The translations under genes and the position numbers were made by a program. DNA of 43,895 nt from an uncultured Gemmatimonadaceae bacterium (lineage in GTDB: Bacteria > Gemmatimonadota > Gemmatimonadetes > Gemmatimonadales > GWC2-71-9). Below, in pieces: positions 40,995 to 43,895 of this stretch. Position 1 is the stretch's first letter; the number at the start of each line of letters is the position of its first letter. A model generated the notes under the pieces. The model ran no database searches. It was not told the DNA's origin and saw only the letters and a list, made by a program, of their open reading frames with translations. The stretch lies in contig CAZVSO010000001.1 of the NCBI GenBank assembly GCA_964629425.1, positions 1 through 43,895 of the forward strand. The letters are read 5' to 3'.

Positions 40995-42397
40995 GCCGGT
41001 CGCTCCGGCGGGCCCTCGCCGCGCGGTTCGCGGCGACCATGGCGCTTGGGCTCGTCGGCGCGTCGGTCGTCGTCTGCTGGGGCGCCGCGCGCATCCTACA
41101 GCACCAGCTCGACCAGGGTCTCGCGGCAGCATCGTTCATCTTCGGTGAACATCTGAAGGATCTCACCGCCGGCCCCGGCGTGGAGCCGCTCCTCGCCGCC
41201 GATCCCGGGGCGTACGGGCGCGAGGTGAACCGGTACCTGGTCCTGCGGGACGGCGCGGGCCGGGTGCTGCACGCGCTACCGCGGTGGGCGGCCGACCTGC
41301 CCTTCGACACCGCAGCCCTGCGACGCACCGCCGAGGGGCAGCGCGTGTGGGCGAGCGATTCCTGGCGCGGCGGGCCGGTGCGCGCGTTCTACCGCCAGGC
41401 CGAGCTGGCCGGCGTCGCGGGGGACCGCATCATCCAGGTCGCAGCCTCCCTGCGCCCGATCCGCTCCGTGCAGCTGGGCCTGCTGGCGGCCCTCGGCGCC
41501 GTGATCGTCCTGGGGACCGGGGCGACCCTGGTGGGCGCGTGGCACCTCGCCGGCTCCGCGGTGCGGCCGGTGGGCGAGATCACCGATCAGGCGACCCACA
41601 TCGAAGCCGGCACACTGGACCAGCGGATCGCCGCCCACGCGGATACCGACGAATACCGGGGGCTCGTCGCGGTCCTGAACCGGATGCTCGAGCGGTTGGA
41701 CCACGCCTTCCGCAGCCAGCGCCGCCTCACCACGGATGTCAGTCACGAGCTGCGAACTCCGCTCACCGCGCTGCGCGGCGAGATGGAGGTGGCGCTGCGC
41801 GCCGAGCGCTCGCCCCGCGAGTACCAGCGGGTCCTGCGAAGCGGCCTGGAGGAGATCGACCGGCTGACGGCGATGAGTGAGGACCTGCTGCTGATCACCC
41901 GGGCCGAGGCGCACCTCATCGAGCCGCAGCGGGTGCCCACCGACGTGAACGCCCTCGTCCAGAGCGGCGTCGAGCGTCTCCGCCACGTCATCGAGGAGCG
42001 GGACCTCACGGTGCGCGCCACCCTCGATCCCTCGGGCGCCGTGGTGGCCGTGGATCCGGCCCTGATGGAGCGACTGGTGGAGCAGCTGCTCGAGAACGCG
42101 GTGAAGTTCACGCCGATCGGGGGCTCCATCGGCGTGACTACGCACGTCAGCGCGGCCGGGGTGCGGCTCGCGGTCGAGGACTCGGGCCCCGGCATCGCGC
42201 CGAGAGACCTGCCGCACGTGTTCGAGCCGTTTTACCGTGCGGACCAAGCGCGCTCCAGCGGCAGCGGCATGGGACTCGGCCTCACGGTGGCCGCGGCGGT
42301 CGCGCGGCTGCACGGGGGCAGCATTCGCGCGGTCAACGTGAACGGCAGCGGCGCCCGCGTCGAGGTGGACCTACCGGTCGCGAGCCCGCAGGGCTAG
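40991..42397 (+). CDS. Membrane sensor histidine kinase (two TM, extracytoplasmic loop, HAMP, HisKA, HATPase_c)
   Basis: GTGA overlap with the RR gene. H-box DVSHELRTPLTAL. NAVKFTP, DSGPGI, GMGLGL. Confidence 0.88.
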   Translation: MSRSLRRALAARFAATMALGLVGASVVVCWGAARILQHQLDQGLAAASFIFGEHLKDLTAGPGVEPLLAADPGAYGREVNRYLVLRDGAGRVLHALPRWAADLPFDTAALRRTAEGQRVWASDSWRGGPVRAFYRQAELAGVAGDRIIQVAASLRPIRSVQLGLLAALGAVIVLGTGATLVGAWHLAGSAVRPVGEITDQATHIEAGTLDQRIAAHADTDEYRGLVAVLNRMLERLDHAFRSQRRLTTDVSHELRTPLTALRGEMEVALRAERSPREYQRVLRSGLEEIDRLTAMSEDLLLITRAEAHLIEPQRVPTDVNALVQSGVERLRHVIEERDLTVRATLDPSGAVVAVDPALMERLVEQLLENAVKFTPIGGSIGVTTHVSAAGVRLAVEDSGPGIAPRDLPHVFEPFYRADQARSSGSGMGLGLTVAAAVARLHGGSIRAVNVNGSGARVEVDLPVASPQG

Positions 42398-42401
42398 GCC
42401 C

Positions 42402-42812
42402 GTGATCGACGACCAGGTCCTCGCCACCGCGAAGGCGAGCTACGACCGCTGCTGCGCCGCGCCGGAGTTCTTCCAGTCTTTCTACCGGACGTTCTTCGAG
42501 GCCTGCCCGGAAGCCAAACCGCTATTCGCTCGTACCGACTTTGACCGGCAAAACAGGCTGCTGCGCCACGCCATCGGGCTACTGCTGATCTTCCCCCGGC
42601 AGCCGCACGGCGAGCCCAACCTGCTGAGCCGGATCGCCGAGCGTCACAGCCGCCAGGGGCTGGGGATCGAACCACGTCTCTACCCCCTGTTCGTGGACGC
42701 GCTGATGGCCACGGTGCGGAAGTTCGATTCGGTGTACACGCCGGCGGTCGAGCAGGCGTGGCGCGCGACCGTGGCGCAGGGGGTCGGTTACCTGCAGTCC
42801 AAGTACTACTAG
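42402..42812 (+). CDS. Single-domain globin
   Basis: 136 aa. FFQSFYRTFFEACPEAKPLF (B/C helices), Q in an E7-like position, IAERH (candidate proximal His), YPLFVDALMATV. Starts 5 nt after the kinase stop. Confidence 0.72.
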   Translation: MIDDQVLATAKASYDRCCAAPEFFQSFYRTFFEACPEAKPLFARTDFDRQNRLLRHAIGLLLIFPRQPHGEPNLLSRIAERHSRQGLGIEPRLYPLFVDALMATVRKFDSVYTPAVEQAWRATVAQGVGYLQSKYY

Positions 42813-42816
42813 AGGA

Positions 42817-43895
42817 GTGGTGGGCCTGCCGCGCGTCGTCCGCCGCTATCCCCTCGTCGTCATCGCGCTCTCCGGGCTCGTCGGGGGACTCGCCGCCCGA
42901 TTCGTGTTCGGTGCCCCGCGCGCCGCCGGGCTCATCTATCTCAGCGCGCTGGTCGCCGGCGGCCTCCCGCTCGTCCTCCAGACGCTGCGCGGCGTCCTGC
43001 AGCGCCGCTTCGCCGCCGACATCGTCGCCTCGCTCGCGATCGTCACCGCCCTCGTCCTGGGCCAGTATTTCGCGGGCGTCGTGATCGTGCTGATGCAGGC
43101 GGGGGGAGAGGCGCTGGAGCGCTACGCGATGGGGCGGGCGTCGCACTCCCTCCAGGCCCTGCTGGAGCGCGCCCCCCGCACGGCCCACCGCGAGCGGGAG
43201 GGTCGGATGGAGGAGGTGCCGGTCGAGGCGGTCCGGGCGGGTGACCTCCTGGTGGTGCGGCCCGGGGACCTCGTGCCCGTGGACGCCGAGGTGGTGCGCG
43301 GCGTCTCCAGCGTGGACCAGTCGGCGCTGACCGGTGAGCCGCTGCCGATCCGCGCGGTGCCGGGCGCGGACCTGCTGAGCGGGAGCGTCAACCTCGAGGG
43401 CCTGCTCCACGTCCGGGCCACGCGGCCCAGCGCGGAGAGCCAGTACCAGCAGATCGTGCGCCTGGTGGAGCGCGCGCGCGGCGACAAGCCCCCCCTCCAG
43501 CGGGTCGCCGACCGCGTGGCGGTGTGGTTCACGCCTGCCACGCTCGTGATGTGCGCGGTCGCCTTCGCGGTGACGGGCAGCGCAACGAGCGTCCTCGCCG
43601 TGCTGGTCGTCGCCACCCCGTGCCCGCTGATCCTCGCCACGCCGGTGGCGGTCATCGCCGCCATCAGCCGGGCGGCGGACGCGGGGAGCATCGTAAAGAG
43701 CGGCGCCGCGATCGAGCACGGGGGTCGCGCCCGGGCCGGCGTGTTCGACAAGACCGGCACGCTCACGCTCGGCCGGCCGACCGTTGCCGCCGTCCACGCG
43801 GCGGACGGGGTCGATGCCGATGTCGTGTTGCGGCACGCGGCGGCGGTGGAGCAGCTGTCCGCGCACCACCTGGCGAAGGCGGTGGCCGACGCCGG
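42817..43895 (+). CDS. P1B-type heavy-metal ATPase, TPCP (P1B-5-like) TM motif, no N-terminal metal-binding domain (3' end outside window)
   Basis: Not in the ORF track because it has no stop within the window. My translation gives GDLVPVDA, SALTGEP, VVATPCPLILATP and FDKTGTLT. GTG start sits next to GAGGAG, 5 nt after the globin stop. Confidence 0.9.
   Translation, partial: MVGLPRVVRRYPLVVIALSGLVGGLAARFVFGAPRAAGLIYLSALVAGGLPLVLQTLRGVLQRRFAADIVASLAIVTALVLGQYFAGVVIVLMQAGGEALERYAMGRASHSLQALLERAPRTAHREREGRMEEVPVEAVRAGDLLVVRPGDLVPVDAEVVRGVSSVDQSALTGEPLPIRAVPGADLLSGSVNLEGLLHVRATRPSAESQYQQIVRLVERARGDKPPLQRVADRVAVWFTPATLVMCAVAFAVTGSATSVLAVLVVATPCPLILATPVAVIAAISRAADAGSIVKSGAAIEHGGRARAGVFDKTGTLTLGRPTVAAVHAADGVDADVVLRHAAAVEQLSAHHLAKAVADA

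Noticed and set aside
42394-43869. 491-aa minus-strand ORF across the globin and ATPase region
   Set aside because: It is antisense to a P-type ATPase frame carrying TGEP, TPCP and DKTGT motifs, and its composition is junk-like.
1-43895. Looked for CRISPR arrays, tRNA/rRNA genes, transposases, integrases, and IS or prophage boundaries
   Set aside because: I saw no regularly spaced 25-40 nt repeats, no T-loop/acceptor patterns and no recombinase-like ORFs. The only rearrangement signatures are the short duplicated junction and the kinase fragment reported above.

Overview
Very GC-rich bacterial chromosomal fragment with no rRNA, tRNA, CRISPR or transposase/integrase genes that I could recognise. 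Left end: a respiratory nitrate reductase operon, narG (5' truncated by the window edge), narH, narJ, narI and a NarK-type transporter. It is followed by an AhpD/CMD-like protein, a ZIP metal transporter and a NapH-like Fe-S membrane protein. The rest is dominated by stress or dormancy-type genes. These include three tandem-USP proteins (two followed by CBS-pair proteins as a duplicated two-gene module), a BON protein, hpt, prs, PolX, an orphan PRTase, a dienelactone-hydrolase-like protein, dodecin, an HPF fused to a cold-shock domain and an orphan GroEL. Also present are an archease plus a bacterial eRF1/Pelota-like protein, a GAF histidine kinase, and an OmpR-type RR-HK-globin-P1B ATPase operon (3' truncated). 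In the middle (13.8-22.9 kb) a TetR-headed cluster looks like an ATP-dependent (class I) benzoyl-CoA reductase. It has two HgdAB-like subunits and two BcrAD/BadFG ATPases, together with the three ring-processing enzyme types (two crotonases and a Zn-ADH) plus an SDR. Four signals seem most worth follow-up. (1) A phased direct repeat TTCAS-N6-TTCAS recurs upstream of many of the stress genes, suggesting one winged-helix regulator controls a dormancy-like regulon. (2) The archease/eRF1-like/HPF-CSD/GroEL block looks like a ribosome rescue and hibernation cluster. (3) The HPF-CSD stop/SD/groEL start junction is duplicated in front of the eRF1-like gene. (4) A 470-nt ORF-free stretch ends in a strong minus-strand intrinsic terminator. 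All functional calls rest on motif recognition by eye; no searches were run.
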